A DNA stretch of 64,000 bases from Glycera tridactyla (lineage: Eukaryota). Positions 50,091 to 62,967 of this stretch are shown here, piece by piece (position 1 is the stretch's first letter; each line of letters begins with the position of its first letter). The DNA lies in the NCBI GenBank assembly GCA_965644265.1, contig OZ286463.1, positions 109,492,001 to 109,556,000 on the forward strand, given 5' to 3'. Both the position numbers and the translations under genes were made by a program. A model generated the notes under the pieces. That model was not told the origin of the DNA. It made no database searches and saw only the letters and a program-made list of their open reading frames with translations.

Positions 50091-51346
50091 CCAAATAAAT
50101 TTGTTTATTTCCCTGCACAACTGCATGATATCTTGCTCGACTGAACAGCACGCATTTCTTTTCTGGAAGATAGATAACTCTCTGCTCGTCTACATGGGAA
50201 CCAGCACAGAGTATTCTACCTGAGATGCTAAATGCATGTCGCTTAAATTTGAATTTAAATTGAAATTAAAATTGAAATTAAGATGGACCTTCAGGTACCC
50301 TCCTTATCGTGAGATACTTCCTCGAGTAGAAACTTTAGTTATATTAATTAATGCCAATTCGAGCCTACTGGATTTCTTATTTGATACTGTTTGCACTGGA
50401 TGATACTTCCTACAAAGAAGTGAACTTTAAATATTCAAATTGATGACCACTTGAGCCTACTTGACTTATATGATTCTGTTTTGCATACAATTACTGTAAA
50501 ATGTACGGATGCACATGCTCAAGTTTTACGCAACATTTAGACACTGTTTTTCTCTATCTTATTGGTGTGTTACCTATTTTTAAGGAGATTTCTGCCTTGA
50601 TGTTGTTTAGTGTCAAATTATTGTTGCTCACACTAAGCTCAACTGGATTTTAATGCTACTATTTCAGCATATAAGTCACTATTAAATGTAGTCTCATTTT
50701 TTATGAGGACTAGACAGTCATGGTGTCAGGTCCCCCCTTTCTTTGTGCTGAGGAAAATTTTCCTCTCAGAATACTTGTGCGTACTAGGACCTACCAATTG
50801 GACACTATCTGCATGTTGTGTGTATATATTACATTCTACAACCCAACTGATTTATAGCTTCTGGACAGTTACAGATTGGAGCATTTCAAAGTGTCAATTT
50901 TCTTTTGTCAGACATTATATCGCCTCTGTGCTGCCGTTCCTATTTTGGAAACATCAGTGCACTTCTCTACTATGATAGCGCATTGATATTGCCTATATAT
51001 TGCTGAATATAAAGACAAATTCTATTGACTGCATTTGACTAGCCTGCAAGCAATTGTCTCTCTCTTCAAATGACTCTCACTGGTCATGATATATCCTATA
51101 GTTATCCATCTGCCCATATTAATCGTTCATGGTAGCAAAGTGTTTTTCTCCCTCTCTTTCAACCTACTTGACCAAGAGTGTTCACTATACTCACCCTGAT
51201 CGCTTCTATAGCATGACTCTATATTACTACTTCACTTACTTGTTTCTTTCGCGTTTGCGTAGATGTTATTCCTTTATTAGTGTTCTGGAAACTGTGTACT
51301 TATTAATATACACCTCTGTTATTCATTGCCTCATAGTGGTTATAAC

Positions 51347-54264
51347 ATGACCAATCTACCTGATAAGCACTCTAGTCTAACGACTAAGATGGAGTTTTCT
51401 ATTGAGTCACTTAATAGAGAGAGTAAAATGGGTTTTGCAGCACTTAATATTCGAAGCTTGACTCTGAAACTTGATGATGTAAAGGTACTTCTCAGGAAAA
51501 GCAATCTTGAAATACTCGCACTAACGGAAACTTTTTTAACTAATGCTATATCCGATGCAGAACTATTCATTGATGGCTATCAAGCTTTAGAAGCGATCGC
51601 ACTTTGGAATCGGGTAAAAATGGAGGTGGTGGCATTCTGATTTATTGCAACGAGAAACGTGATATCTGCCTGTTAGATAATGGAAGCTTATGCACACCTG
51701 ACATTGAATTTCTTTGGGTGAAACTTAGTTTACCTTGTACACGCCCAACCTTCATATGTGCTGTTTATAAGCCACCCTCGGGCAATACTACTTGTGCACT
51801 TAATCTACTGGGAGCTGCCATTGATAGGATTGTTGGCGATACTTACTCTGATGTCCTTATTCTCGGTGATACCAACCTAAATTGTCTTATAAAGAATAGT
51901 GAACATAGAAAGTATCAGTCTTTCTTGGCACAGCATAATCTGAATAACCTCATCAGAGAGCCAACCCGAGTCACTAGTCTGTCGTCAACATGTATAGATC
52001 ATATACTCACAAATAATGAATCTCAATTTTGTCGATCAGGAACACTGGACCCAGGTGTCAGCGATCACCTACTTGTTTACACCTATCGCCAACGTCGTAA
52101 AATTCCAAGAGTTAAGGAATTCATTAGTTTTAGGAGTTTCAGGTATTTTAATGCTGAAAATTTCCAAAATGATATCAATGGTCTCAATTTTGAACCATAT
52201 AACTATCAGGATATTGACTTATGTGTCAATAACTTCACTACCACCTTTTGCAGCTTGATTGATAAACATATCCCGATTGTGAGAAAGCCTTGAAGAGTGA
52301 ATAATGCCAAATGGGCTAATGGACACTTCCTCTCATTAATTGATATGAGATCATACTGTGCAACCAAGTTTGCACGTAAGAAAAATCCGGAGTTCAAACT
52401 CAATCATGATACTGTTGCACGTGAATGCTCTCTTCTGAAGACACGCCTGAAAAGATCTTATATTGCGAATAAAATCAATCAAGCAGGTGGTGACCCTAAA
52501 AAACTATGGACTACTATTCGCTCTTTCTGGCCGAATGCTAAATCTCAAAGGCAGCTCCCTCCCCAAATTGGAGGTCATACTTCTCATCCTGACATAGCTG
52601 AATTTTTAAACTCACATTTCTCTTCAATTGGTGAAGAATTGTCTGATGAATTACCCCCCACTAATGTTACTGATGAGAAATTACCCAAACAGTTACCCCC
52701 AGTTTTCGAGCTGCATGAAATATCAGCAGAAGCATTGGTTGATGCACTTAAGTCTCTTAGTAATTCAAATGCTACTGGTGATGACGGTATCACTAGTCGC
52801 ATTATAGAATTGGGAGGACCCCCCCTCAACCAGATCCTTCTTGGCATAATCAACCTTAGTATAAGACTGAATAAATTCCCTACATCTTGGAAGAAAGCCA
52901 CGATTACTGGACTTCATAAGGGTGGGTCCACATCTATCGCCACAAATTTTAGACCAATTTCGGTTTTAGCCTCTATGAGCAAGGTATTAGAAAGAGTGGT
53001 GCACACCCAATGTCATATCTATCTAAATAAGAACTGCATTTTGTCGGAGGCACAGTCAGGTTTCAGGAAGCATCACTCCACTACTAGTTGCTTACTGGAC
53101 TTCTGCAACTCCATCTATGATGGGATGGATAATGGAAACATGAGTGGAGTGATCTTCCTGGACCTGACTAAAGCCTTTGATACTGTGAATCATGAGATCC
53201 TTTTGTGTAAGCTACAGTGCCTGGGTTTTCGTAATTCATCTGTTTCTTGGTTTCGCTCTTATCTTGAAGATAGAATACAGGCAACAAAATTTGGTACAGC
53301 TACATCATCGCCCCAAACTGTCAGTCTTGGTGTTCCGCAAGGATCTATTCTTGGACCCCTATTATTTGTCATGTTTATTAATGACATCTCCTCTCTAGTC
53401 AATGAATCCCGTTTATTCATGTATGCAGATGACACTGCACTACTTGCTACAGGCCCTAACGAGGAGGACATCTTAGATAAACTTGATCTCGATATGAAAG
53501 CGTTGAACATGTGGTTTACTGCAAATAAACTCACCTTAAATAGGAAGAAATCGAAAGTAATGTTCTTTGGCACTAGACCAAAGCTAGCATCTTCTATTTC
53601 AAACAACACTTCTTTTCTGGGATATGAGAGAGTTTCGAAATTTTGTTATTTAGGCGTAACACTTGACTCTCATCTCACCTTCTCTAATTATGTAGATCAC
53701 ATCGTGAATAAAGTTAAAAGCAGAACTGGCCTTCTATGGCGTATGAGAACACTCATCGATAAACCACTGGCTATTCACCTTGTCAAATCTTTGATTTTAC
53801 CGTTATTCGATTATGCCGATGTCCTTCTCCTAGGCCTAAGTGTTGAGCTGAAAGTTAGACTTAAAGTGGCATTTAACAATGCCTTAAGAGCCGCTCTAAA
53901 GAGAGACAACCGAACTTCTTCAGATACCCTTTATACTGAAAGTGAACTGTCCTCACTCGAAAGTAGACATAGATCTCATGCACTATGTGAACTCTTTAAG
54001 ATTCTAAAAGGAGAGTGTTCCAATAGACTTAATATAATCAGCCAGATGAAATACAAACCAGTCTATGATGCATCCCTGTCTTGTATTACTAGACTTAGAG
54101 AAACAGCTCGCTTGAATATTCCGAGGACAAAACTTATGTCTACAGAATCAAATTTTTTTGTTAATGCAGGCCGTCTATGGAACTCCTTACCATATGATGT
54201 TCGTACTCTTACCTCGATATCCAAATTTAAGAAGTATGTTAAGTTAAATCTTCACACTCTTTAG
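51347..54264 (+). pseudogene. LINE-D ORF2 (APE + RT), nearly intact: one frameshift (~51600) and one stop (52291-52293)
   Basis: ALNIRSL, LTETFL, VYKPP, LGDTN, CIDHIL; NFRPISVL, FLDLTKAFDTVNH, GVPQGSILGPLLF, YADD. Confidence 0.93.
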
Positions 54265-55030
54265 AGTACGATAGAGATGCAGTGAAATTGCCGCCTTGTA
54301 GTTCCATCTGGCTCTCACTCTTATCCATTATCTGCATGCTAAATCACACAAGTTTATCGACAGAAAATTTGATTGTATTCGCTCTTGTACATTGTAAAAG
54401 TACTGAAGGTGTCGACATATGCTCTTACACAAATGGATTTATGCCAGTGTGTAAAGTTGGACCTTTGCATGCCTTTGCAATTGTTGATATCTTTTTGGCG
54501 GACGCATCTGTCTATATATGAGTTTTGACTTGTAAACGATATTGATATATGTATATACATGTCTGAATATCCACTGATATAATGATGTATGAGTCATACA
54601 ACAATACCTGACACCCCTTTTATGCTGCAACAGAACATTTGCTGTATGACGTGACACCATTTATTGCCACTCAAATAATTAACAAGTTGATATTGTCTGA
54701 GATATCCAGCCCACTGGGTCAGTTGATTCTGGATATTTGACTCTTCTCAATGACTATTATTGCACTAGCTTTTTTCTAGAACGTCTGCTTCATCCTGAAT
54801 ATTGAAAGCTTTAATACCTTTACGTCACATACTGATCTTTTTATTATGGTAGTAATACTATAGTATATTATGCTCGTCTCACTATACCGCCATGTCACCC
54901 TGGTGTTTATGTTTCCTTTTGTAACTGTGTATATATGTTGTAATTTTTCATGTTTGTACTCTTACCGGGAAGAAATGGTCTTCATGGCCTCCCATGCCAG
55001 AGTCAAATAAAGATTTTCAATTCTCATTCT

Positions 55031-55435
55031 CAAGTGTGTCAAAATAAATGTCTGAATGTGATCGTGCAAGGTGGCAAATGATATTCTGCTCATGACTTAC
55101 ACAGCTGTCTTGGTATGAAGGAACTTGCATTGACAAGAAGCAAGAATTCAATTATAGAAGTATATAAAGACCTGAATCGACCTGATATGTTGAACAGTTA
55201 TAACCTATTCCATTTGCGTTCCAAGAGGACTGTGAGTGATGGGAACGACCGATGTACCACTCGTAGCAGCACGAGAGAAACATTTAATGTAGAGATAATT
55301 AAAAATAAACTTCATTTCACCGACCGAAGTCTCCGATATAGAAGAGCTATCTATTGGAACAGACTCGATCCTGTAACAAAACAATGTGATTCTGTTGAGA
55401 ACCTAAAACGCAGGTTAGATGCAGTCATTACTTAA
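55031..55435 (+). pseudogene. LINE-A ORF2 C-terminal fragment
   Basis: QVCQNKCLNVI...EVYK...FTDRSLRYRRAIYWNRL parallels the LINE-C C-terminus QIAQNRCMSTI...ELYK...FPDRNIRHRGACLWNSL. Confidence 0.78.
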
Positions 55436-55769
55436 TACACTCACTAGTCACCATAGTTTTATTAGATTACCATCTGAGTGACACAAGATATCTCCGTGGA
55501 TTTCCCATGTAGCAAATCTTGGTCATAGAGTATGTCCCAACATGTGCACTGTTTACCCACTCTCATAAACCAAATGGATCTCTCCAAAATACTGGTTGTG
55601 ACTGAATGCAGAGAAAGTAACATTGTACTCCAATAAAAATTTAGAACCATTTTCCTACGAACACCAGCGTGATATGTACCTCCGTAGATTGCCTACGTAG
55701 TTACCCAAAATGGAAAATGATGACTGTGTGATTCGAGATATATGACTAATTGGAATGACACCTGTGATG

Positions 55770-55990
55770 TAATAGAGAGAGAAAATAGAGAGCGATTTGA
55801 AGAACCGGAGTGAGAGTGAGAGAGTAAGAGAGGGAGAGAGAGTGAGAGAATGAGAGAGTGAGAGAGTGAGAGTGAGAAGGAAACAGAGAGAAAGAGAGCG
55901 AGAGAGAGAGTGAGAAGGTAGATGAACAATAAGATTTCACCGTGTATATGTATATGTGAGGAAGCGTGGGAAGAGAGAAGACAAGGAAGA
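55770..55990. repeat. Degenerate (GA)n microsatellite
   Basis: Directly visible. Confidence 0.9.
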
Positions 55991-56283
55991 ATGAAAGAGT
56001 GAGAGAAATATGGCGTAAGTGCGAGAGTAAGAGAGTGAATTGAGGGAGAGAGGAATGGATGTAGAAGATTGTATGCATTGTAAATATTGATTTCACAATA
56101 TGAAACTTGCTATGAATGAAGAAGACTATATGGACTGTAAATATTGTTTTCACCATATGAAACTTGTTATTTGATAGTTGATCACATTGTCTGCATAAGC
56201 GTGTAATATGACCTCTCGAGGTCAGTTTTAACCATGTTTGTCTACTTATGCAATAAAAGCATTTCTTATCTTATTCTTATCTT

Positions 56284-56339
56284 ATGGATGGATGGATGGA
56301 TGGATGGATGGATGGATGGATGGATGGATGGATGGATGG
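56284..56339. repeat. (ATGG)14 microsatellite directly after the LINE-A tail
   Basis: Directly visible. Confidence 0.95.
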
Positions 56340-56487
56340 CAAAAACCACTGTTGATTTTCTCCAGCAGGCATCGGGTGATGACTCATTGGGGGCCTCACG
56401 CCAACCGGCACCGGGCCACTATCAGGCCATCACTGGCTTGTACACTTCTTAAAATATATGCCACTATCTCAGAGCCAGGGCAGGAAA

Positions 56488-56629
56488 NNNNNNNNNNNNN
56501 NNNNNNNNNNNNNNNNNNNNNNNNNNNNNNNNNNNNNNNNNNNNNNNNNNNNNNNNNNNNNNNNNNNNNNNNNNNNNNNNNNNNNNNNNNNNNNNNNNNN
56601 NNNNNNNNNNNNNNNNNNNNNNNNNNNNN
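56488..56629. other. Assembly gap (142 N), followed by (CTGT)n at ~56651-56720
   Basis: Run of N. Confidence 1.
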
Positions 56630-56648
56630 GGTTACAAGGGTCCAAATA

Positions 56649-56721
<73 letters not shown>

Positions 56722-59700
56722 ACTATGAATAGCTCAATTATTACAGCAAGCTGGCTCCCAAGTTGAAATTTTTGGTAGCCAGTGTAAACAAAATTTTTGG
56801 TTGACTTCTAAAATAGGGTAGCCAGAGGATAAATTTGGTAGCCATTGGCTACCCACAGGTAGCAATGTAGAGCCCTGCATCACAAAATGCATCCATATTC
56901 AAAAAGTAGGAACTCCCAGTTGCTAGAAATGTTGTCAGAGGTCACATTTCAGGTCATACTAGTGTCCCTGAATGATATCAACACAAAAAGTCTGGGACTA
57001 ACTACATGAAAATTCTTTATTCTCTCAAATCATCATATTTTGGGCAACTGAAATCACCCCGAACAAACTGGGACCAAATTGGGACCCAGAATTTCATAGA
57101 AAATAACCAAAAAATTGCCAATATCTGCCATTTGGAATGAAAATATCATGATGATAGAGCTCTGTTTGTGTATGATGTCTGTCTGTCTGTCTGTCTGTCT
57201 GGCCTGACTAAGTGCAAAGAGTAACTACCTTCAAATTCATGGATAATTGAATTTCAGAACCCAAATATCATTTGAAAATGGGTTTTTTTTAGATATGCCC
57301 TTGGAAAGTACATCAAACAAACCAACATGAAAATGGGCCTTTTCAGAAATTTCTTTGAAACCACATCAAATAGCCCAACAAAGGGAACATTGTCCTTTTG
57401 TTGAGGTTTACACCCTCCTCAAGGTGTGAACAATTTAGTATGCTCACCAATATAGTGTGAACTCACTCTTCACACCCTTGCCCAAAAGGGCCTCTGACCT
57501 CTCCAGGTGTGAAAACTTCACAGGACACCTATCACAGGAGCCCAAATCTCCTCATGTAGGTTTTGCAGGGCTCGCCTTCTTAGATTTACCTTATTCACTA
57601 GATATGTAATATGATTGTAACACTACGGATTGGTATCCGCGCGTGTTATTAGAATTAGATTTTCTTTTGAGGCCCTCGGTACTATTATTCAGTCCCGAAA
57701 TTGGGTAATAAACAAGTTAGATGGGTGAATAATGCGTTTTATCTCATATAAATCGCCGTATTTCTGTGTGATGCGTTTATTTCCATCTAAATGTTAAAGT
57801 ATTTCAAATAATACGTTGTCATGGCAACTAGCGATCGAGTTATGCGCCTACGAAGACGCGAACTCAGTTTGAGCCCTGCTTGTCATGAAACTAGGTGTAA
57901 TCGGTTAAATAAGCGCCATTTCTTCAAAATTGGAGTTAGGACGTCCAAACGTTTATGTGATATCCATGATATCGGGGCCGAATTATATCTCAAGTTGGGA
58001 GAATGTATCTTTAGTCGGTAAAAAGTTACGCCGATTTTTGTGTCATTTCGAGGCCGTATTTCGACTCGATTTGTCTCTTGTGAGGTTCCTAGAACGTATC
58101 CCTACGGCGGATTGTGCAGAGTCGAGACAGAGATTCCGCTCTGGAAAGTGACAATACTTTCCTTTGAAATTTGACTGAAATGGATCCGCATTAGCTGGAA
58201 AAGCATGTCCAAACAAAACATACTGGTTTGGGGGGTTGACATTCAACATTCCCGCTCATGTCAGTGTACCTGCTTGCCTCTCCAGGGTAGTGTAATAAAA
58301 CTCCTTCACTGCCGAGAGACCGGCACTTGAAGATTCTACCCTGGAGAGAGCGCACCTACGTTGAAGAAGTAAGGGAAGTCATAGATCCCATCCAACTTCG
58401 CTGTATTGGATATGATCATGCTTCCTTCATAATGGACAACTGAAACCTCTGCTTACACAGTAAGTCAGTGATTGAGTTTGTTAGTTTATGTAGGAGCTGA
58501 TAGGTTGCATATTTTAGGAGCTCTGTAACATTTTGCTCCTCTGGCCATATTGAGTACCATGCCATAACATGCCATCGGATTTTCCATGATTTGTATTGAT
58601 AATACTCATTTTCAAGCATACGTGGTCGTGGAAACCATGTTTTGGATATTTTGGATGCTTAAAATGTTGCCCTGTAAAATGCCCCATGCCCCATGCATTT
58701 ATTAGCTAATTTCCGTTTTATACCATCTGTGGCATTTCTGTGAATTCCCTGTGCTGTTCCGGTGAACGTGTGAAACTTTCTGGAACATGTGGAACTAGTG
58801 GAACTGCGAGGAACTGGGCCGTGTTTTTCCAGTATTGTTCCCGGCGCAGTACGCCAGTATGGGTGGAACAGGGCTAATCAGAGTGCTGTCAGATTGTCTG
58901 AAAAACGCTTGAACTCGCTGGGTTTGCTGAGTGAGGGGAGCATTCGAATTGAGCCAGTGAGCATCTCGATATAGCCCTAAATAGCGTAGTAGTCGCATGA
59001 ACGTCCAATTATAAGCGTGGTGTGATGCAGTGTATTGAATAATTCAGTTCTATCACTGTGGCACCGATTGTGTTAATAGACAAATGATTTGCAGTGTTTT
59101 CGCTGTAAAAACACTTTCTAATGAATGTTTTAGACAGAAACTGATAGTTTCAAGCATATTTGATCGGTCGATTAATCGATTAATCGAACACAAATTCCAG
59201 ATTTTCACACCATTTGATCGACGTTTGATAGAATAACACTACTGTAAAACCATTCCGCCGAAAATCAATGTTTTCATGGAAAATTTCAGTGAAAACTGAA
59301 GAGAATGTAAGGTTCTTCATTGAATGATTGAGAGGGACAAGAAACATCAAATCAGCTGTGCGCGCTATTTGTGACCAAAAGCATGGCTTCACCTGAGCGG
59401 TGACCTAGTTAGTACAGACATGACATCAAGCTCCATTGTTGGGGCTGTCAACTGATGTCGGTTTCCTGCTCTGCGCACATGGACTAGGCTGAGCTTCAGA
59501 TACAAAAACACACTGAATTTGGAAGAAATAAACTGCTGTTTTATAACGTTTTCATATCAGAAAGCTTTGTTCTTGAAGTACACCCGTTGATTTGATGGGA
59601 ATCAAAGTCAAAAGTTTGTTTTTATCGCATTAGATACTTGGAGATCCGCTGGTGAAGTTGTGGCATTCTAGTTGTAATGGAAACGGAGAGAGGAAAGCAA

Positions 59701-62700
59701 ACTGAGGCCTGTTTGTTTTCGAGAGAGAACCGCTAGTGGGGAATGTGCCAGACTTGAAGCTAGACTTTTTCGGACTTGTCCGGTCTTTTAAAGCACTTTT
59801 CTTGTCCTATGCGTCGAGTACCCTAAGCACGGATCTTCCCTAAGCACCCTAAGCCTTGTGTTCTGCTCCTGACCCCCGTGACCTATTTTTAGAGGCATAC
59901 CTCTCTATTGAGACCAACCTGTCACATGTGACCACCTCGAGATTTTAATGCTAAATGATGTGCTAAGTCACGTTGAACGTTACTTTTGAAGGAAATTGTT
60001 TTTGAACGATTTTTTGGCCATCGAAATTCGGTGTTTGTAAATAGTTTGTTTTTGTAAAGAAAAGCAGCCGAATCCGCTTTCTTTTTGAGCTTTGAAATGT
60101 TATAGACCAATGTCGGACCGATCTAGAGCTTTCTTGCTGATCGGTTGGATGTAAACAATCCGCCATTTTGGATTTCCGTCCGCCATTTTGGATAGCCTCA
60201 CTTTGATTTTTGATCCACTTTGACTTTTCAGCCAGTTTGGAACTTTTCACTTTGAGCTGAAAAGAGTTTGAACAAATGTAGAATTGATCAGAATTGTTTC
60301 TTGGTGATTGTGAATTGCTGGCTTTTGAAATTCTAACTATCGGTTTTTCGCTACTTGGTGAGTGACGGCGTTAACTTAGCGTGTCACCATAGACTTAGCA
60401 CGTCGCTACCCCACCCCCACACTGTCTTATTACATGAGCACATTTGTGTTTGTGGTTTGTGACCCATGGGCCTGCAGATAAAATTTAACTGCTCTGTATT
60501 TTCGGATTTCTTTTTCACTTTTTGGCTTTAGACTTTGCTTACGCATGGAAATCTGTCAAAATTTTGGGATTTTGAAATTTTGAAACTTTAGCACTTAGCA
60601 CGTTCCGGTCTAAGTTAGTAGTTGAGTCACACTGAAATGGGAGGGGGAACTTGCGTTGATTTCAGCTCATTGCCACCTGCCTCCGGTGAGTGGTAACTTG
60701 CATCTGATACATTCTATAGAGACCAACTGTCTAGATAGTGGTTAATAATTTGAATTTATTCTGAATTTGAATTCATGATTCGAAATCAACTTTGAATTAT
60801 TTCGAATTTTGAATTATTTTTGAATTGGGACTTCACTATTTTGAATTGAAAAGCGTGCTTGCTCTTTTCATGCAGACAGTTGGACTTCAAATCTTTTTCT
60901 GTTTACTGTTGCATCATAACCCAGCTGGTTTAGAGAGGATCTGGTGTTTTCACCTTTCTAGTTCATTTCCCCGTGGACTTAGCTCTCTATATCACAGCTG
61001 ATGATCTTTTAATGCCAATTCTCATGAATTGATTAACTTAGTTTGCTAGGTGCCTTCTTTGTTGGTTATGACTTTGGGCATTGAGATTTCTTTTCAACAG
61101 TAAATTTTTTCAAATTGTCCTTTGACAATTTATTCAACTGTTAGTTGAATTTTCAAGTAACTGGAACTTTAACTCAATCTCTTTTTTCTCTTTTTGCGGT
61201 CTTATCGCTATTTAGTCAGTGGGGATCAGTGGGATCTTGCCTTCCCACTATAATTGATCTGGCACTGCACTAGCAACTAAGAGCACGTAAAAACTTTTTG
61301 AGATTGAACCCAGTAAAGATAATTTTAATTTCTTGAGAGCCACTCGCCTTAGTGAATTATTTTTGGAACACCATGGTAGGAGACTTTCTCTGTCTTTTTG
61401 CAGCGAACATGTGTTCAGAAATCTTCATCTGAGCATTGAGGGAGGTGCGCTCTCTCCAGAGGTACAACTTCGAAGTTGCCTTACTCCGGGCCTATGGAGA
61501 ACTAATTGTGACTGGTGAGGTCACTAGCCCTTCTCTGGCTGATGGAGAACTAGCCAGGACGACTGCTGTTGGGACTTAGTCCGAGTCTCTTGGGCGCCGT
61601 CTTCGATAGATGAGATGTCGTACTGTGAGGACTTGTCTTTCTCTCATATCATCTGGTGAGAAGTATGACTTGCTCTTAAAGTCTTTGCTCTTCTTAGCGT
61701 ATTTTCACCAAGAGGACTTGCCAAATACTCTCCGTTCGATAAAGTCATGTCTACGAATGTCTTCGTTCTGAATTCGAACTGGTACACGAGTATCTCACGT
61801 GATCGATATTCTTCCGTGAATTATCTCGCGTGGCCACGCTATATCTGACTTTAGAACTATATTCTATATACTATATACTTTTCAGGGACTTCATTAATCA
61901 TGCTCTGATTACAGCTACTCTTCATGTACAGTTCCCTTTCTACATAGCGCTACAGACATCGTTGGATCATCGCATTTGGATCAGTAAATCAGGACTGTGT
62001 TTTCTTTATAAACATTCCTCCTATATTCTGAGGTCATATATTTACTTGTATTGTATCTCAACATGGGGATTTAAAACTTTCTATGTATTGGAGTGAATGC
62101 GAATGTCTGATGTTTGTCGAGAGTTGAACCTATCTCCAAGTATCAGCCACATATAACCTGTTCTGTGTTGCTCGTTACAAAGCCGATCTGAATTACTCTA
62201 TTGTATATTCACCATCTGATACTTAGTGATTTATCACTACATTATTATCATGAGTGTTTGACGTGGGGTACACTGATCATCCATTGACTCTGTCTCATCC
62301 ATCATTGACCTTCTTCTCATCAAAATAAATATATATTTACAATCTCAATTCTATATCTTCGTGCTCTTTTGTACTGGTCTTTATCTACTGAATATGGAGC
62401 AAAGTGTGTGTTCATAGATCTGATTCCAATTGGGCAAGTGAATCAAGAATGAGTACCAGAAAAGTCTGATCACGCAAACTTTTTTCATCTTCTAGACAGT
62501 TGTGACGTCTAACTTCTGAACTAACATCCACAGGAGTGAAGCCATTATTTTAAATGGGACAAAATCCTGGGCATATCCATCTTTACTTCACTTCCTGCTG
62601 TTCATTGATTTGGAACTTGAATTAGAACCTGATCATTAGCCATGGTCAACATCTTGGTCTGAGGAGGGAATACTCCTACAAGCCTGTCGGATGACTGGTT

Positions 62701-62729
62701 CTTGTTGCTCTTCAAATTGGAAGGATTAC

Positions 62730-62967
62730 ATGATTTTCAAATGAAAAGCAAGAGTCCAGTTGTATGCCAAGGTATTTATATTTTGCCGTTTGTTCAATTT
62801 TCTCATTGTTCAGTTTCAATGTGATAGTATCAGTTATTCGAAGTCTCTGTGAGGTGCCAAATATCATTACGTTACTTTTTTTGGTGTTCACCGTCAATCG
62901 AAGTCCCTTGAACCATTCCGATATTTCATGAAGATCATAATTAAGTTTTTCTTCGATAATTCCTACA
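62730..62967 (-). mobile_element. ~240-bp internal RT fragment of the LINE-A family, next to an (ATCC)n/(TTCC)n tract
   Basis: The reverse complement is near-identical to ~44877-45115 (VGII.EKLNYDLH...LFENH). Confidence 0.85.

Larger units (their letters stand above)
45530..55033 (+). mobile_element. LINE-D: 5'-truncated CR1/L2-group LINE with an ORF1 - SGNH - repeat spacer - ORF2 layout, inserted in the LINE-A RT tail
   Basis: The LINE-A RT stops at YDGCSAT and resumes at 55031 with QVCQNKCLNVI. The 3' end has AATAAAG and a (TTCTCA)n tail. The 5' boundary is approximate and no TSD was found. Confidence 0.8.
12830..56285 (+). mobile_element. LINE-A: CR1/L2-group (Crack/Daphne-like) non-LTR retrotransposon, interrupted by the Gypsy element and LINE-D
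   Basis: ORF1 relics at 12907-15916. ORF2 is split into three collinear pieces (16748-16928, 42879-~45530, 55031-55435) that rejoin as APE-RT-C-terminus. The 3' end has a stem-loop, AATAAA and a (CTTAT)n tail at ~56200-56285. The 5' boundary is approximate. Confidence 0.75.

Noticed and set aside
56234-56766. ORFs spanning the gap
   Set aside because: Translations of (GGAT)n, (CTGT)n and N runs.
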